A stretch of DNA of 64,000 nt, from positions 5,010-69,009 of the forward strand of contig DASXPJ010000055.1 in NCBI GenBank assembly GCA_036493675.1, given 5' to 3'. This stretch comes from Casimicrobiaceae bacterium (GTDB lineage: Bacteria > Pseudomonadota > Gammaproteobacteria > Burkholderiales > Casimicrobiaceae). The notes below the pieces were generated by a model that saw only the letters and a program-made list of their open reading frames with translations, ran no database searches and was not told the origin of the DNA. This document shows, one piece after another, positions 28,863-44,999 of this stretch (position 1 is its first letter; every line of letters starts with the position of its first letter). A program made the translations under genes and the position numbers.

Positions 28863-29060
28863 TCAGTGACCGCGCGGCGGCGCGCCGTGGATGCGATATC
28901 GCGTTCCGCAATACGGACACATTGCCTCGCCGGTTGCGACAACGTCGAGAAAGACCCGAGGATGGCTCGACCAGAGAGGCATTGCCGGATTGGGACAATA
29001 CAAAGGGAGGTCCGCCGCCGTCACGTCGACTGCATTCTGCGTCGGGGTCGTGGCAGCCAT
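28863..29060 (-). CDS. small zinc-finger (CHCC-type) domain protein
   Basis: 65 aa with YCPNP ... CPYCGTRY. ATG 29060 verified. It is the only plausible coding part of the 357-aa ORF 28863-29936. Confidence 0.6.
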   Translation of the reverse strand: MAATTPTQNAVDVTAADLPLYCPNPAMPLWSSHPRVFLDVVATGEAMCPYCGTRYRIHGAPPRGH

Positions 29061-29068
29061 CGCGGTCC

Positions 29069-29989
29069 TCACACGGGAGTGAGCCACGAACTGTACTTGG
29101 CGTTCTTGCCATGCACGACGTCGAAAAACAGTGCCTGCAGCTTGCGCGTAACCGGGCCGCATCCGCCCGACCCGATGGTGCGATTGTCGAGCTCGCGAAT
29201 CGGCGTTACTTCGGCCGCGGTGCCGGTGAAGAACGCCTCGTCGGCGATATAGACATCGTCTCGGGTCAAGCGCTTGGCGGCGACCTCGAGCCCGAGATCG
29301 CGTGCCAGCGCGATGACCGAATCGCGGGTGATGCCGACCAGCGCAGAGGTCAGCTCCGGCTCGTAGAGCTTTCCGTTCTTGACGATGAACAGGTTCTCGC
29401 CGGAGCCCTCGGCAACGAACCCGTCGACGTCGAGCAGCAGGGCCTCGTCGTAACCGTCCATGGTCGCTTCCTGGTTCGCCAGGATCGAATTGGCATAGGT
29501 GCCGGCAAACTTCGCCCGCGCCATCGTGACGTTGATATGATGACGCGCGAACGAGGATGTCTTGACGCGGATGCCTTTTTCGAGCGCCTCGGGGCCGAGG
29601 TAGGCACCCCATGGCCAGGCCGCTATGGCGACATGGACGCTGGCGCCCTTGGGCGATACGCCCATCTTTTCCGAGCCGTAGAACGCGATCGGGCGCAAAT
29701 AACATGAATCGAGCTTGTTGGCGCGCACGACTTCGCGCTGTGCCGCCATCAGCACATCCTTGGCGTATGGAATCGGCATCAGATAAATGCGTGCCGAATT
29801 GAACAGTCTCTCGGTATGTTCGGACAGCCTGAAGATGGCGGGGCCCTGGGCGTTCGGGTAGGCACGCACGCCTTCGAAGACGGCGAGGCCATAGTGCAGG
29901 GAATGCGTCAGCACGTGCGTGGTCGCGTCCCGCCACGGCACGAGCTTGCCGTCGTACCAGATGAAGCCGTCACGATCCGACATCGACAT
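29069..29989 (-). CDS. ilvE: branched-chain amino acid aminotransferase
   Basis: [37 protein letters not shown] ... fold-type IV PLP enzyme pattern. Confidence 0.9.
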   Translation of the reverse strand: MSMSDRDGFIWYDGKLVPWRDATTHVLTHSLHYGLAVFEGVRAYPNAQGPAIFRLSEHTERLFNSARIYLMPIPYAKDVLMAAQREVVRANKLDSCYLRPIAFYGSEKMGVSPKGASVHVAIAAWPWGAYLGPEALEKGIRVKTSSFARHHINVTMARAKFAGTYANSILANQEATMDGYDEALLLDVDGFVAEGSGENLFIVKNGKLYEPELTSALVGITRDSVIALARDLGLEVAAKRLTRDDVYIADEAFFTGTAAEVTPIRELDNRTIGSGGCGPVTRKLQALFFDVVHGKNAKYSSWLTPV

Positions 29990-30021
29990 CCCGAGGCTCC
30001 GAGCGAGGCAAAACGAGCATT

Positions 30022-32721
30022 TTAGCCGATTTCACCCTTCTTTTCCCATCGCGGCTTCCCGAAAACGTGTTGCCACAGTGCGCTGACTGCAGCGCGATGC
30101 CCTGTCTGCGGGGATGCATCGACGCGTGCCTCGCTGGCACCTTGCAGCCGCACCTGATGCTGTAGTCGTCGATACGCGCGGTAGGCATCGGCCACCTTGC
30201 CCGCCAACTCCTCGGGTATCAGCCCCAGCTGTCCCGCCAGGACCAGCAGCGCGATATTTCCCGCGTTGCGCGTCATATCCGGGTGCGTGGCACTGTGCGC
30301 GAGCACCAGGAACTGTACTACGAATTCAGCATCCACCATGCCGCCGGGATCGTGCTTGACGTCGAACCGGTCACTGCGGTTTGGATGCGCCGCTTGCATT
30401 CTGTCGCGCATCGCAACGATGTCGTGGGCGAGCTTGGCCCCATCGCGCGGCATGCGCAGCAGCGCCTCGCGCTCCGCCTCGAAGGTCGCGCCGATACGGG
30501 AGTCACCCGCGACGTAGCGCGCGCGGGTCAGCGCCTGGTGCTCCCAGGTCCAGGCCGTATGGCGCTGATAGTCGCGAAAGGCAGCAAGACTCGATACTGG
30601 CAAGCCGCTCGCCCCATCGGGGCGAAGGCGCAGATCGGTGTCGTAGAGGCGCCCGGCCGCGGTGATGCTGGTCAGCCATGTCGTCAGCCGGTGCGCGAGT
30701 CGCGCGTAAGCCTGCGGCGCCGCTTCGGCCGGGTCATCGTACAGGAAGACGAGATCGAGATCGGAGGCATAGCCGAGCTCCTTGCCGCCCAACTTGCCGT
30801 ACCCGACGACTGCGAACCGCGGAGCAGTTGCTCCGGGTCCCTGCATATGGATCCAGCAGCGTTCGAGCGCCGCGGCAAGCACGATGTCGGCGAGCAATGA
30901 CAGATGATCTGCCAGCCGCTCCACGGACAGCAGCCCGGCGAGATCCTGCGCCAGCAGCCGGAACACCTGTGCCTGCTGAAAATGCCGCAGAGCATCCATT
31001 TGCCGCTCGGCATCGCAAGGATAGGCATCGAGTCGCGCGTCGAGCTCGATGCGCCACGCATTCCAGTCCGGTTGCGTCAACAATGCGCGGCTGTCGAGCA
31101 ACTCGTCGAGCAGCATGGGATGCTGCGTCAGGTAAGTCGCGGCCCAGGAGCTCGCTCCCATCAGCTGCGCAAGCCGCGGCAGCACCGGAGGGTGCTCGAC
31201 CAGAAGGGCGAGGTAGCTGCTTCGTCGACTGATCGTCTCCAGCAGCGCGAGCAGCCGCCCGAACACGACCTGGGGTTCCGACGTCGCCGCCGCCGCTCGC
31301 AGGAACTGCGGCACCAGTGTATCGAAACGCGCGCGGGATGCCGTGGGTAGTTGCAGATAGCGCGGACTTTGCCGGACGCGGATCAGTTCGGCGATCAATG
31401 CCGGCGGGTCACCATAGCCCGCGCCGGCGAGCGCCTGGAGCTGAGCGTCTTCGGGGGCAGGCGCCACCCATAGGTCAGCGAGCGGATCGCGTTGGCCGTG
31501 GACGTCGCCGGCCGCGAACATAGCGTCGAAGTGGCGGTCGACATTGTTGCGATGCCGGTTGAGCATCTGATCGAACGCCGTCGCATCGGCACACGCCATC
31601 GCCTGGGCCAGCGCCTGGCGTTCGACATTCGCCTGCGGAAGATCGTGCGTCTGCGCGTCGTCGCGGTATTGCAGGCGATGCTCGACATTGCGCAGGAATA
31701 CATACGCCTCGATCAGCTCGTCCGCGGCAGCGTTCGGCAGCAGGCCGCGAGCGCGCAGTGCGGCAAGCGCAGGCAGCGTGCCACGTAAACGCAGCGCCGG
31801 CTCGCGCCCGCCGCGCACGAGCTGCAGCGCCTGCACGATGAATTCAATCTCACGAATGCCACCCGGACCGAGCTTGATGTTGGCCGCGTGATCGCGGCGT
31901 CGTCCCTGCTCGCGGATCTGTCGGTGCACATCGCGCAGGCCGTCGTAGGCGTCGTAGTCGAGGTATTTGCGGTAGACAAAAGGGGCGACCAGCTGCTCCA
32001 GCTCGGCGCCGCGCGTGCCGGTGAGTGTCCGGGCCTTGAGCCAGGCATAGCGCTCCCAGGTCCGGCCCTGAGTGACCAGATATTGCTCGAGCGCGTTGAA
32101 CGAAGATGCGACCGGACCCGCGTCGCCATAAGGCCGCAGTCGGAGGTCGGTGCGGAATACATAGCCTTCGGCCGAGGGTTCCGACAGTGCGATGACGACG
32201 CGGCGCCCGAGCCGCTCGAAAAAATCCTGGTTCGCCAGAACCTTCGGGCCGGGAGTATCGCCGGCTTCGGGATAGACGAATACGAGATCGACGTCGGACG
32301 AGACGTTCAATTCGGCTCCACCGAGCTTCCCCATCGCGACGACGATCAATTGCTCCGGTCGCGCGGTCTCGTCGCCGATCGGCTCGCCATGGATCGCAGC
32401 CAGCGCGCGCGAATGGACGTCGACTGCGGCCGCGATCGCAGACTCGGCGAGTTGGGTCATCGTGGCGCAGACTTCGTTCAAGTCGGCGCGGCCGGTCAAG
32501 TCGCGCAGAAGAACCCGCAGGAACAGGCGCTGACGCAGACGGCGCAGCGCGATGGCGAGCGCCGCCGGATCGGATTCACGCCCGATATCGCGATCAAGCG
32601 ATGGGAAGGGCTGGTCGAGCCCGACCTCGACGGCGGCGCAAAGAGCGGGATCGGCGACGCGCAGACGCTGCGCGTAGCGGCTGAACTCGTATGCTCCAGC
32701 GAGGTCCATCTTGGAATTCAA
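30022..32721 (-). CDS. glnE: bifunctional glutamine synthetase adenylyltransferase/adenylyl-removing enzyme
   Basis: About 900 aa with two nucleotidyltransferase repeats ([18 protein letters not shown] and [18 protein letters not shown]). Confidence 0.9.
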   Translation of the reverse strand: MNSKMDLAGAYEFSRYAQRLRVADPALCAAVEVGLDQPFPSLDRDIGRESDPAALAIALRRLRQRLFLRVLLRDLTGRADLNEVCATMTQLAESAIAAAVDVHSRALAAIHGEPIGDETARPEQLIVVAMGKLGGAELNVSSDVDLVFVYPEAGDTPGPKVLANQDFFERLGRRVVIALSEPSAEGYVFRTDLRLRPYGDAGPVASSFNALEQYLVTQGRTWERYAWLKARTLTGTRGAELEQLVAPFVYRKYLDYDAYDGLRDVHRQIREQGRRRDHAANIKLGPGGIREIEFIVQALQLVRGGREPALRLRGTLPALAALRARGLLPNAAADELIEAYVFLRNVEHRLQYRDDAQTHDLPQANVERQALAQAMACADATAFDQMLNRHRNNVDRHFDAMFAAGDVHGQRDPLADLWVAPAPEDAQLQALAGAGYGDPPALIAELIRVRQSPRYLQLPTASRARFDTLVPQFLRAAAATSEPQVVFGRLLALLETISRRSSYLALLVEHPPVLPRLAQLMGASSWAATYLTQHPMLLDELLDSRALLTQPDWNAWRIELDARLDAYPCDAERQMDALRHFQQAQVFRLLAQDLAGLLSVERLADHLSLLADIVLAAALERCWIHMQGPGATAPRFAVVGYGKLGGKELGYASDLDLVFLYDDPAEAAPQAYARLAHRLTTWLTSITAAGRLYDTDLRLRPDGASGLPVSSLAAFRDYQRHTAWTWEHQALTRARYVAGDSRIGATFEAEREALLRMPRDGAKLAHDIVAMRDRMQAAHPNRSDRFDVKHDPGGMVDAEFVVQFLVLAHSATHPDMTRNAGNIALLVLAGQLGLIPEELAGKVADAYRAYRRLQHQVRLQGASEARVDASPQTGHRAAVSALWQHVFGKPRWEKKGEIG

Positions 32722-32769
32722 CGCGGCGGCCGCCCCTTCCGTATTAAAATTGGGCCAGAACGATCTATT

Positions 32770-35700
32770 ATGCCTTTCGCCCGCGCATCCTCGAGTTTTC
32801 CCGCAGCGTTCTCTAACTCATTTCGCAAGACGTTGCGTGCGACCCGCGCAGTCGCGCTGATCGCTCTCATCTCGTTCTGCCTGGTGCTGCTGGCAGTCCG
32901 CTTTGTCATCTTTCCGCGCATCGAAGGCAACCGTGACACGGTCGCGCGCATGCTCTCCGCGCAGATCGGTAAGCCGGTCGAGATCGCCTCGCTCGCCACC
33001 GCGTGGGATGGTTGGAATCCGCGTCTCGATATCGGCAACCTGCGCATCATCGAACCTGGTGCCGATGCCGCAAGCGTCACGCTGCCCGACATGCGGCTTA
33101 CGGTCGCCTGGGATTCGCTCCTCTTTCTCAAGCTGCGCCTGAAGCAACTGTCGATCGACTCGCCGCGCCTTCTCGTGCGCCGCGATCGCGAAGGTATCCT
33201 GCATGTGGCAGGCATGACGTTCAATCTGACGGAAAAGGCGGGCGATCAGGGTGTCGTGGATTGGATTCTTCGACAACCTCGCATCGTGATTCGAGATGCG
33301 ATCATCGGCTGGCAAGACGATATGCGCGGCGGTGCGCAACTGACGCTCGAGCATGTGGTGCTGCGGCTGGAAAACCGCGCGGGCCGCCATCGCTTCGGTC
33401 TGACGGGGGCGCCGCCGGCCGCGCTGGCTGCGCCGCTCGATGTCCGAGGCGATTTCACCGGGGGCTCATTGTCCGATTGGCGCGCGGCATCAGGTCGCCT
33501 GTATGCACGCCTGGACTATGCGGACATCGGAGCCTGGCGCGAATGGCTGCCCGCAAACCTTCCGATCATCGATGGGAAGGGCGCACTGCGCGTCTGGCTG
33601 GAATTCGCGCATGGCGAGACTCGCGACCTCGTTGCCGATCTGATCCTGAGCGATGTGCAGGCCAAGCTCTCGGCCGATGTGCCGCAGCTTGCGCTCACCC
33701 GCATAGAGGGACGGCTCGGCTGGCACGACGATCCGACGCGCCGCGAGATCTCTGCGCGCCAGCTCGCATTCTCGGGTCCGGGGGATCTGCGCTTCGATCC
33801 CACGGATTTTCAGGTGACGATGCGCTACGGCGCCAATGGACCGATCGACGGCAACGCCGCATTCAACCGCGTCGAGCTCGCGCCGCTCCGTCAAATAGGC
33901 GCCTACCTGCCCCTGCCGACGCGGTGGCGCGACGATCTTGCCCGCTACGCGCCTCGCGGAACCGCCGATTCGGTCACACTGCGCTGGACCGGCGATATCG
34001 CAGCGCCCAGCGCCTTCGATGCATCGACCAACTTCGCCGGCCTGGGATTCGCGGCGCAGGACGAGGCGCCGGGTGTCACCGGCCTTTCCGGCAGCCTCAG
34101 CGCGACCGACCACGATGGAACGATCAAGCTGAACAGCCGTACCGTCGCGGTGCACTGGCCGCATCTGTTTGCGCAGACGATAGGCCTCGACAGCGCGCAG
34201 GGACAGCTGCTCTGGCGCAAGACCCCTGACGGCTACACTTTCCGCGTCGAGCAGCTCGCGCTTTCCAATGCCGATGCGACAGCTGTCATCAACGGCGAAT
34301 ACCGCATGCTCGGCGAGGGTCCAGGCACGGTCGACGGCAGCGCTCAATTTTCCCACCTCGATGGACCGCAGCTCTATCGGTACGTGCCCGTGGCTGCGGG
34401 GGCTGGCGTACGCGAATGGCTGCGTACCAGTCTGCTCGCCGGCACCTCGAACGACGTCCGGTTGAAGCTCGCCGGAAACCTTGCCGACTTTCCGTTCGCC
34501 GACGCAAAAAAAGGCCAGTTCACGGTGATCGGTAAAGCGCACGAGATGACGCTCGATTATGCGAGCCACTGGCCTCAGTTAACCGGCCTCGACGGCGAGT
34601 TCAGGCTGGACGGACCGCGGATCAGCGTGGACGGCCGGAATGGTCGCGCGTTCAACGCCGCCATCGATCGGCTCAAGATCGATATACCGGATGTGCGCGT
34701 CGCCCACCCGCTGTTGCGAATCGATGGCGAAGCAACGGGTCCGGCTGCCGATTTCCTTCGGTTCATCGCTGCAAGCCCGGTCGACGAATGGCTTGACCAC
34801 ACCACGCGCGGCGCGGAAGCGAGCGGCGACGGCAAACTCGCGCTGAAGCTCGAGCTGCCGATCGGTAATCATGACGGCGATCAGATCGCCGGCGAGTTCA
34901 CTTTTTCCGGCAATCGGCTCAAGTTCGCCGGTGAAATTCCTGCGCTGAGTCGCCTCAATGGCAAGCTTGCGTTCTCACGGCGCGAAATCCACAGCACGGC
35001 GCTGACCGCAGAGATTCTCGGTGGTCCCGCACGGCTGACGATCTCCGGGGCCGTCGGAGGCCTGCATGTGGACGCGCAAGGCAGCGCCGACGTCGGCTTG
35101 CTGCGCAGCGAATACCCGCAGCAACCCCTTGCCGCACGACTATCGGGTACAACCGATTGGCAGCTCGCCCTCAGTGTCACCGCCGACCGCTCGAACTGGA
35201 CGCTGGATACCGCTCTCAAGGGCGTTGCCGTCGCATTGCCGGTCCCGGTCGCCAAGTCGGCAGGCGAGACCGTGCCGTTGCGGGTCGAGCGACGGCAGAC
35301 CGAAGCCTCGGCGGATATGCTGCAGTTCAGCTACGGTCGGCTGGGCCGGCTGATCGTCGCGCGCCGATTGACCTCGACCGGTCCCGTGGCAGAACGTGCA
35401 TTGCTCGCCCTCGGCAAAGCGGGCGGTACTCCGGATCGTCGCGGTCTGTGGGTTCGTGGTGACCTCGATCAACTCGATCTCGACGGATGGCTGGCGTTGC
35501 GCGAGCAAATCGATGCCGGCACCGGCACCGGACCGTTGCCGCTTTCCGGCGTCGAACTCAACGTCGGCGTACTCGACGTGTTCGGCCGGCGCCTGAACGA
35601 CCTCCGCGTCGGGGCGAGTCGCGGCGGCAGCGATTGGCAACTGGACTTGCGCGGCCGCGAACTGGAAGGCAATGCCCGCTGGGAGCCGGCTGCGCCGGCG

Positions 35701-36672
35701 CACCCGAATGGCCGCATCGTCGCGCGCCTGCAGCGCCTGACGCCTCCGGCCACCGTCCCGACTCCTGCCGCACCCACGGCGCCGTCCCCATCCGAAGTCA
35801 ACGCATGGCCGGAGATCGATCTGTCAGCCGAGACCTTGCGACTGAAGGAGCGCGATCTCGGCCGGCTCGAACTGAGTGCGCAGCCGCGCGGCAGCGACTG
35901 GCGGATCGATACCCTGCGCCTGGTCAACGATGATGGACGGCTCGATGCCAACGGCTGGTGGCGCGGTGGTCGTGCCGAGCAGACGACGCTCGATACCGAT
36001 CTCGACGTGCATGATGCGGGTCGCTACCTGGCGCGCTTCGCACTGCCCGACGCGGTCCATGGCGGTGCGACCAGGATACGCGGGCAGGTTTCATGGGCGG
36101 GCGGGCCGCAGGATTTCGATTACCCGACGCTCAACGGCAAGCTCCGCGTCGAGACAGGCCGCGGCCAGTTCACCAAGCTCGACCCCGGCCTCGGAAAGCT
36201 TCTCGGCGTGCTCTCCCTGCAGGCCCTCAAGCGCCGGCTGACCTTCGATTTCCAGGATCTGTTCGCCGAAGGGTTCGCCTTCGACGAAATCACCGGCGAC
36301 GTTCGGATACAGAACGGCGTATTGAAAAGCGACAATCTCAAACTGGTCGGGCCGTCGGCTCGCGTGGCGATCCAGGGGGAAGCTGACATCGCGCGGGAGA
36401 CGCAACACCTGAACGTGCGCGTGCAGCCAACCTTGTCCGCAGGCGTGTCGGTCGGCGCCGCGGCGCTGCTGCTCGCCAATCCTGTCATCGGCGCTGCGGT
36501 CGCTGCCGGGTCGCTGCTCGCACAGAAAGCGATGCAGGATCCTATCGAACAGATGTTCTCCTACGGCTACGCGGTCACCGGCAGCTGGTCCGATCCTGTC
36601 GTCGAGCGGGCGGGCCGGTTCCCGGCGCCGGCTGCCGCTGCGGCCACCAAGCCGGAGACGACGCGGGAATGA
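32770..36672 (+). CDS. YhdP-family (AsmA-like, TIGR02099-type) large envelope protein
   Basis: About 1300 aa with an N-terminal TM anchor (AVALIALISFCLVLLAV), a long beta-rich body and a C-terminal AsmA_2-like end. Start at ATG 32770; the upstream part of ORF 31888-36672 is antisense to glnE. Confidence 0.8.
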   Translation: MPFARASSSFPAAFSNSFRKTLRATRAVALIALISFCLVLLAVRFVIFPRIEGNRDTVARMLSAQIGKPVEIASLATAWDGWNPRLDIGNLRIIEPGADAASVTLPDMRLTVAWDSLLFLKLRLKQLSIDSPRLLVRRDREGILHVAGMTFNLTEKAGDQGVVDWILRQPRIVIRDAIIGWQDDMRGGAQLTLEHVVLRLENRAGRHRFGLTGAPPAALAAPLDVRGDFTGGSLSDWRAASGRLYARLDYADIGAWREWLPANLPIIDGKGALRVWLEFAHGETRDLVADLILSDVQAKLSADVPQLALTRIEGRLGWHDDPTRREISARQLAFSGPGDLRFDPTDFQVTMRYGANGPIDGNAAFNRVELAPLRQIGAYLPLPTRWRDDLARYAPRGTADSVTLRWTGDIAAPSAFDASTNFAGLGFAAQDEAPGVTGLSGSLSATDHDGTIKLNSRTVAVHWPHLFAQTIGLDSAQGQLLWRKTPDGYTFRVEQLALSNADATAVINGEYRMLGEGPGTVDGSAQFSHLDGPQLYRYVPVAAGAGVREWLRTSLLAGTSNDVRLKLAGNLADFPFADAKKGQFTVIGKAHEMTLDYASHWPQLTGLDGEFRLDGPRISVDGRNGRAFNAAIDRLKIDIPDVRVAHPLLRIDGEATGPAADFLRFIAASPVDEWLDHTTRGAEASGDGKLALKLELPIGNHDGDQIAGEFTFSGNRLKFAGEIPALSRLNGKLAFSRREIHSTALTAEILGGPARLTISGAVGGLHVDAQGSADVGLLRSEYPQQPLAARLSGTTDWQLALSVTADRSNWTLDTALKGVAVALPVPVAKSAGETVPLRVERRQTEASADMLQFSYGRLGRLIVARRLTSTGPVAERALLALGKAGGTPDRRGLWVRGDLDQLDLDGWLALREQIDAGTGTGPLPLSGVELNVGVLDVFGRRLNDLRVGASRGGSDWQLDLRGRELEGNARWEPAAPAHPNGRIVARLQRLTPPATVPTPAAPTAPSPSEVNAWPEIDLSAETLRLKERDLGRLELSAQPRGSDWRIDTLRLVNDDGRLDANGWWRGGRAEQTTLDTDLDVHDAGRYLARFALPDAVHGGATRIRGQVSWAGGPQDFDYPTLNGKLRVETGRGQFTKLDPGLGKLLGVLSLQALKRRLTFDFQDLFAEGFAFDEITGDVRIQNGVLKSDNLKLVGPSARVAIQGEADIARETQHLNVRVQPTLSAGVSVGAAALLLANPVIGAAVAAGSLLAQKAMQDPIEQMFSYGYAVTGSWSDPVVERAGRFPAPAAAAATKPETTRE

Positions 36673-37493
36673 GCTCGATCGGCAGCCAGACGCCAACGCG
36701 CGTCGCCGCGGTACAAACCATCTCGGGCGGCGACGTGAGCGCGAATCTCGCGGCGATCGAGCCGCTGATCATCGCCGCGAAGGAGGGGGGAGCCGTGCTG
36801 GTCGTCCTTCCCGAATACTTCGGGATCTTCGGCGCGCGCAGCACGGACAAGGTCGATGCGCGCGAAGCTGACGGGCACGGACCGCAGCAGGATTTCCTGG
36901 CACGAGTCTCTCGCGAGCAGCGGGTGTGGCTGATCGGCGGAACCGTGCCCATCGCCACGGCCGACCCGGCGCGGGTGCGAAGCGCCTCGCTGGTGTTCGA
37001 TCCCCAGGGGCGACGCGTCGCGCGCTACGACAAGATCCACCTGTTCGCGTTCAGCCAGGGCGACGAGCGCTACGACGAGTCCAGGACGATCGAGCCCGGC
37101 GACGCGCCGGTGAGCTTCGCTGCGCCTTTCGGGCGGGTCGGCCTGTCGGTGTGCTATGACCTGCGTTTTCCGGAGCTCTATCGCAGCTATCGCGACGCGG
37201 CGTTGATCGTCGTGCCGTCGGCGTTTACTGCCGTGACCGGTGCGGCGCACTGGCACGTGCTGCTCAAGGCGCGCGCGATCGAGAACCAGTGCTATGTACT
37301 CGCGGCGGCGCAGGGGGGCACCCACGCCGGCGGCCGGCGCACCTACGGGCACAGCGTGCTGATCGACCCGTGGGGCAGCGTCGTCGCCGAGTTGGCCGAA
37401 GGGGCTGGCCTAGTCGTTGGAGAGATCGACCACTCGAGGATTGCGCAGGTACGCCGCGACTTGCCTGCCGCCGCGCATCGGCGTCTCACCTGA
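36669..37493 (+). CDS. carbon-nitrogen hydrolase (nitrilase superfamily) protein
   Basis: VAAVQ ... VLPEYF (Glu), KIHLF (Lys), VCYDLRFPE (Cys). ATGA overlap with the yhdP-family gene. Confidence 0.85.
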   Translation: MSSIGSQTPTRVAAVQTISGGDVSANLAAIEPLIIAAKEGGAVLVVLPEYFGIFGARSTDKVDAREADGHGPQQDFLARVSREQRVWLIGGTVPIATADPARVRSASLVFDPQGRRVARYDKIHLFAFSQGDERYDESRTIEPGDAPVSFAAPFGRVGLSVCYDLRFPELYRSYRDAALIVVPSAFTAVTGAAHWHVLLKARAIENQCYVLAAAQGGTHAGGRRTYGHSVLIDPWGSVVAELAEGAGLVVGEIDHSRIAQVRRDLPAAAHRRLT

Positions 37494-37511
37494 CGAGTCG
37501 CCGCCCCGTGC

Positions 37512-38174
37512 TCAGGCCGGCGCGCCCTTGAGCAGGACCACCACGGCGCCACCGCCGCCGCCATGGCGCGGTGCTTCGCAATAGGCGAGCACCTCGTCCC
37601 ACTGCGACAGCCAGCGCCGGACTTTATTCTTCAGCACCGGCTCGCGATTCGGCGACGACAGGCCTTTGCCGTGGATAACGCGCACGCAACGCAAGCCACG
37701 ACTGCGTGCCGTGAAAAGAAAGTCGGCAAGGGCGTCGTGCGCCTGCTCAGTGGTCATCCGGTGCAGATCGAGCTCAGCTTGTATCGACCAGTGGCCTCGC
37801 CGCAGCCGGACCAGGACGTCGCTGCCCAGACCTGTCCGGAGGAATGTCTGGAGCGCCTCGTGCTCCTGGCCGGCTTCCCAGGAGGAGGGCGTCGGCTCGG
37901 TGCCGAATTTGCTCTCGGCCAGCGCGTCGGCTTCGTCGGCAAGGCGCTTGACCGGCGTCGGCGCGGGTCGTGCCTTGTCGATGTGCGCCCGGTTGCGCGG
38001 CCGTAACGGTGACACATCGGCAAACGCCTGGCCGAGATCGACGTCGCCGGCATCCTGTGCGCTCCGCCCGGGCGCGTGCTTGCGAGCACCGTTCGTAACG
38101 CGACGGATCGCCAAGGGCGTGTCCTTGGTGCCGAATCGGCCAAGCAAGGTCTTGAGATCGGACAGCTTCGCCAT
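37512..38174 (-). CDS. Smr domain protein (SmrA-like)
   Basis: C-terminal Smr domain: LDLHRMTTEQAHDAL ... VRVIHGKGLSS ... LKNKVRRWL. Start at ATG 38174. Confidence 0.8.
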   Translation of the reverse strand: MAKLSDLKTLLGRFGTKDTPLAIRRVTNGARKHAPGRSAQDAGDVDLGQAFADVSPLRPRNRAHIDKARPAPTPVKRLADEADALAESKFGTEPTPSSWEAGQEHEALQTFLRTGLGSDVLVRLRRGHWSIQAELDLHRMTTEQAHDALADFLFTARSRGLRCVRVIHGKGLSSPNREPVLKNKVRRWLSQWDEVLAYCEAPRHGGGGGAVVVLLKGAPA

Positions 38175-38266
38175 CGCGTCGTGATCCTGGTTGTAGCGGT
38201 CGCACTGCGCTGCGGCAACGGTCGCCAGTCGAAGGCAGCCGCCACCCCGCGGCGCGACAGACCGCG

Positions 38267-41714
<3,448 letters not shown>

Positions 41715-41718
<4 letters not shown>

Positions 41719-42341
41719 GCTACCGCAACTGGCAATGCGTCGTGGCCGCGGCGGCGGCTTGGATGTTTGCGAGCGTCGCGAACGCATCGGGCCTCGATCA
41801 GCTCCAGGCCTTTCTGGGAGGCGCAAAAACGGGCAAGACGACTTTCCGGCAGGTCGTCACCGGCAAGTCGGGGCGCGTGCCGCAGGAATCGAGCGGGACG
41901 TTCGCCTTCGCGCGGCCCGGCAAGTTTCGCTGGTCCTACGACAAGCCGCACCCGCAGATCATCGTGGGCGACGGAGAAAAGCTCTGGATCTACGACCCTG
42001 ATCTCAACCAGGTGGTGGTCCGCAAGCTCGACCGCGCCTTGGGCGCCACGCCCGCCGCGTTACTGTCCGGGGACGACGCGCTGGGGAAGAATTTCGAGTT
42101 GAGCGATGGCGGAAAGAACGGTGACGTCGAATTCGTCGACGCGCATCCTCGCGCCGCAGACAGCGGTTTCACCACCGTCCGGATCGGCCTGAAAGACAAC
42201 CTTCCCCGCACGATGGAGCTGCACGACAGCTTCGGCCAGGTGACGCAGCTTACGTTCGGTTCCTTCGAGCGCAACGCGTCGGTCGACCCCGGTTTATTCC
42301 GCTTCACGCCGCCAGCGGGCGCCGATGTCGTTGGCGAATGA
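41715..42341 (+). CDS. lolA: outer-membrane lipoprotein carrier protein LolA
   Basis: Signal peptide, then TFRQ ... [13 protein letters not shown] ... [16 protein letters not shown] overlap with ftsK. The ftsK-lolA-rarA-serS order is conserved. Confidence 0.85.
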
Positions 42342-43659
42342 CCTTTTCGCCGTCGCCAATCCGGCGACACCGCTCGCCGAGCGGCTGCGGCCCAAAACTA
42401 TCGGCGCGGTGATGGGCCAGCGGCACCTGCTCGGACCGGGCAAGCCGCTGGCGGTAGCCTTCGCGTCGGGCAAACCCCATTCGATGATCCTGTGGGGGCC
42501 GCCGGGCGTCGGCAAGACGTCGCTGGCGCGTCTGATGGCCGACGCATTCAACGCAGATTTCATCGCCCTGTCGGCGGTGCTGTCGGGCGTCAAGGATATT
42601 CGCGACGCGATCGCGCAGGCGGAAGCGACGCTGGCGCAATCGGGGCGGCACACGATCCTGTTCGTCGACGAAGTGCATCGCTTCAACAAGTCGCAGCAGG
42701 ATGCGTTCCTTCCGTTCGTCGAAAAAGGACTGGTTACGTTCATCGGCGCGACGACCGAAAATCCCTCGTTCGAGGTCAACAGCGCGTTGCTGAGCCGCGC
42801 CACCGTCTACGTGCTTGAGGCACTGTCGGCAGACGAGCTCTCGGCGCTGCTCGATCGCGCATTGCCCGCGGCGATGCCGGGGCTCGCGATGGAACCTTCA
42901 GCGCGCGATGCGGTGATCGCGTATGCCGACGGAGACGCGAGGCGCCTCCTGAATCTGGTCGAGCAGCTCGCGGTGGCCTCGCAGGAAGCCGGCAAGCGGG
43001 AGATCGACGCGGCGTTCGTCGAAACGGCGGTCACGCGAAGCCTGCGTCGCTTCGACAAGGGTGGTGAAGCGTTCTACGATCAGATTTCGGCGCTGCACAA
43101 GGCCGTGCGCGGTTCGGATCCGGACGCCGCGCTCTACTGGTTCTGTCGCATGCTCGACGGCGGCGCCGACCCGTTGTACGCGGGGCGACGGATGATACGC
43201 ATGGCCAGCGAGGACATCGGCCTCGCCGACCCGCGCGCGCTGCAGCTTGCGCTCGATGCGGTGGCAACGTACGAACGTCTCGGCACGCCCGAAGGCGAGC
43301 TCGCGCTGGCGGAAGCAGTGATCTACCTCGCTTGCGCGGCCAAGAGCAACGCGGTGTACGTCGCCTATGGTGCTGCGCGCGCGTTCATTGCCGAGGACGG
43401 GTCCCGCCCCGTGCCATTGCATTTGCGCAATGCGCCGACCAAGCTGATGAAGAATCTCGGCTACGGGAAGGATTATCGCTACGCGCACGACGAAGACGAT
43501 GCTTACGCCGCCGGCGAAAGCTATTTGCCCGAAGGCATGGCGTCGCCGAACTGGTATCGCCCGACTGGGCGGGGCCTCGAAGCAAAGATCGCCGAAAAGC
43601 TCGCCGAGTTGAAGAACCGCGACGCCAAAGCTCGCTCGGGAGGTGACACCGAGCCCTGA
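42325..43659 (+). CDS. rarA: replication-associated recombination protein A
   Basis: AAA+ Walker A GPPGVGKTS, Walker B LFVDEVHRFNK, and a MgsA C-terminal domain. Confidence 0.9.
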   Translation: MSLANDLFAVANPATPLAERLRPKTIGAVMGQRHLLGPGKPLAVAFASGKPHSMILWGPPGVGKTSLARLMADAFNADFIALSAVLSGVKDIRDAIAQAEATLAQSGRHTILFVDEVHRFNKSQQDAFLPFVEKGLVTFIGATTENPSFEVNSALLSRATVYVLEALSADELSALLDRALPAAMPGLAMEPSARDAVIAYADGDARRLLNLVEQLAVASQEAGKREIDAAFVETAVTRSLRRFDKGGEAFYDQISALHKAVRGSDPDAALYWFCRMLDGGADPLYAGRRMIRMASEDIGLADPRALQLALDAVATYERLGTPEGELALAEAVIYLACAAKSNAVYVAYGAARAFIAEDGSRPVPLHLRNAPTKLMKNLGYGKDYRYAHDEDDAYAAGESYLPEGMASPNWYRPTGRGLEAKIAEKLAELKNRDAKARSGGDTEP

Positions 43660-43694
43660 GCCCGGTGGTCTTGTCGCGCGTTTCCCTCTGGTAA

Positions 43695-44999
<1,305 letters not shown>

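Noticed and set aside
31888-32769. N-terminal 294 codons of the 1594-aa ORF
   Set aside because: This part is antisense to glnE and has no membrane-anchor or AsmA-like features. The real yhdP-family gene starts at ATG 32770, just before its TM anchor.
34505-34512. A8 homopolymer (GCAAAAAAAAGG) in the yhdP-family gene
   Set aside because: It lies in frame (..DAKKGQ..) within a continuous ORF. There is no evidence of phase variation, though the tract could be checked for length polymorphism in reads.
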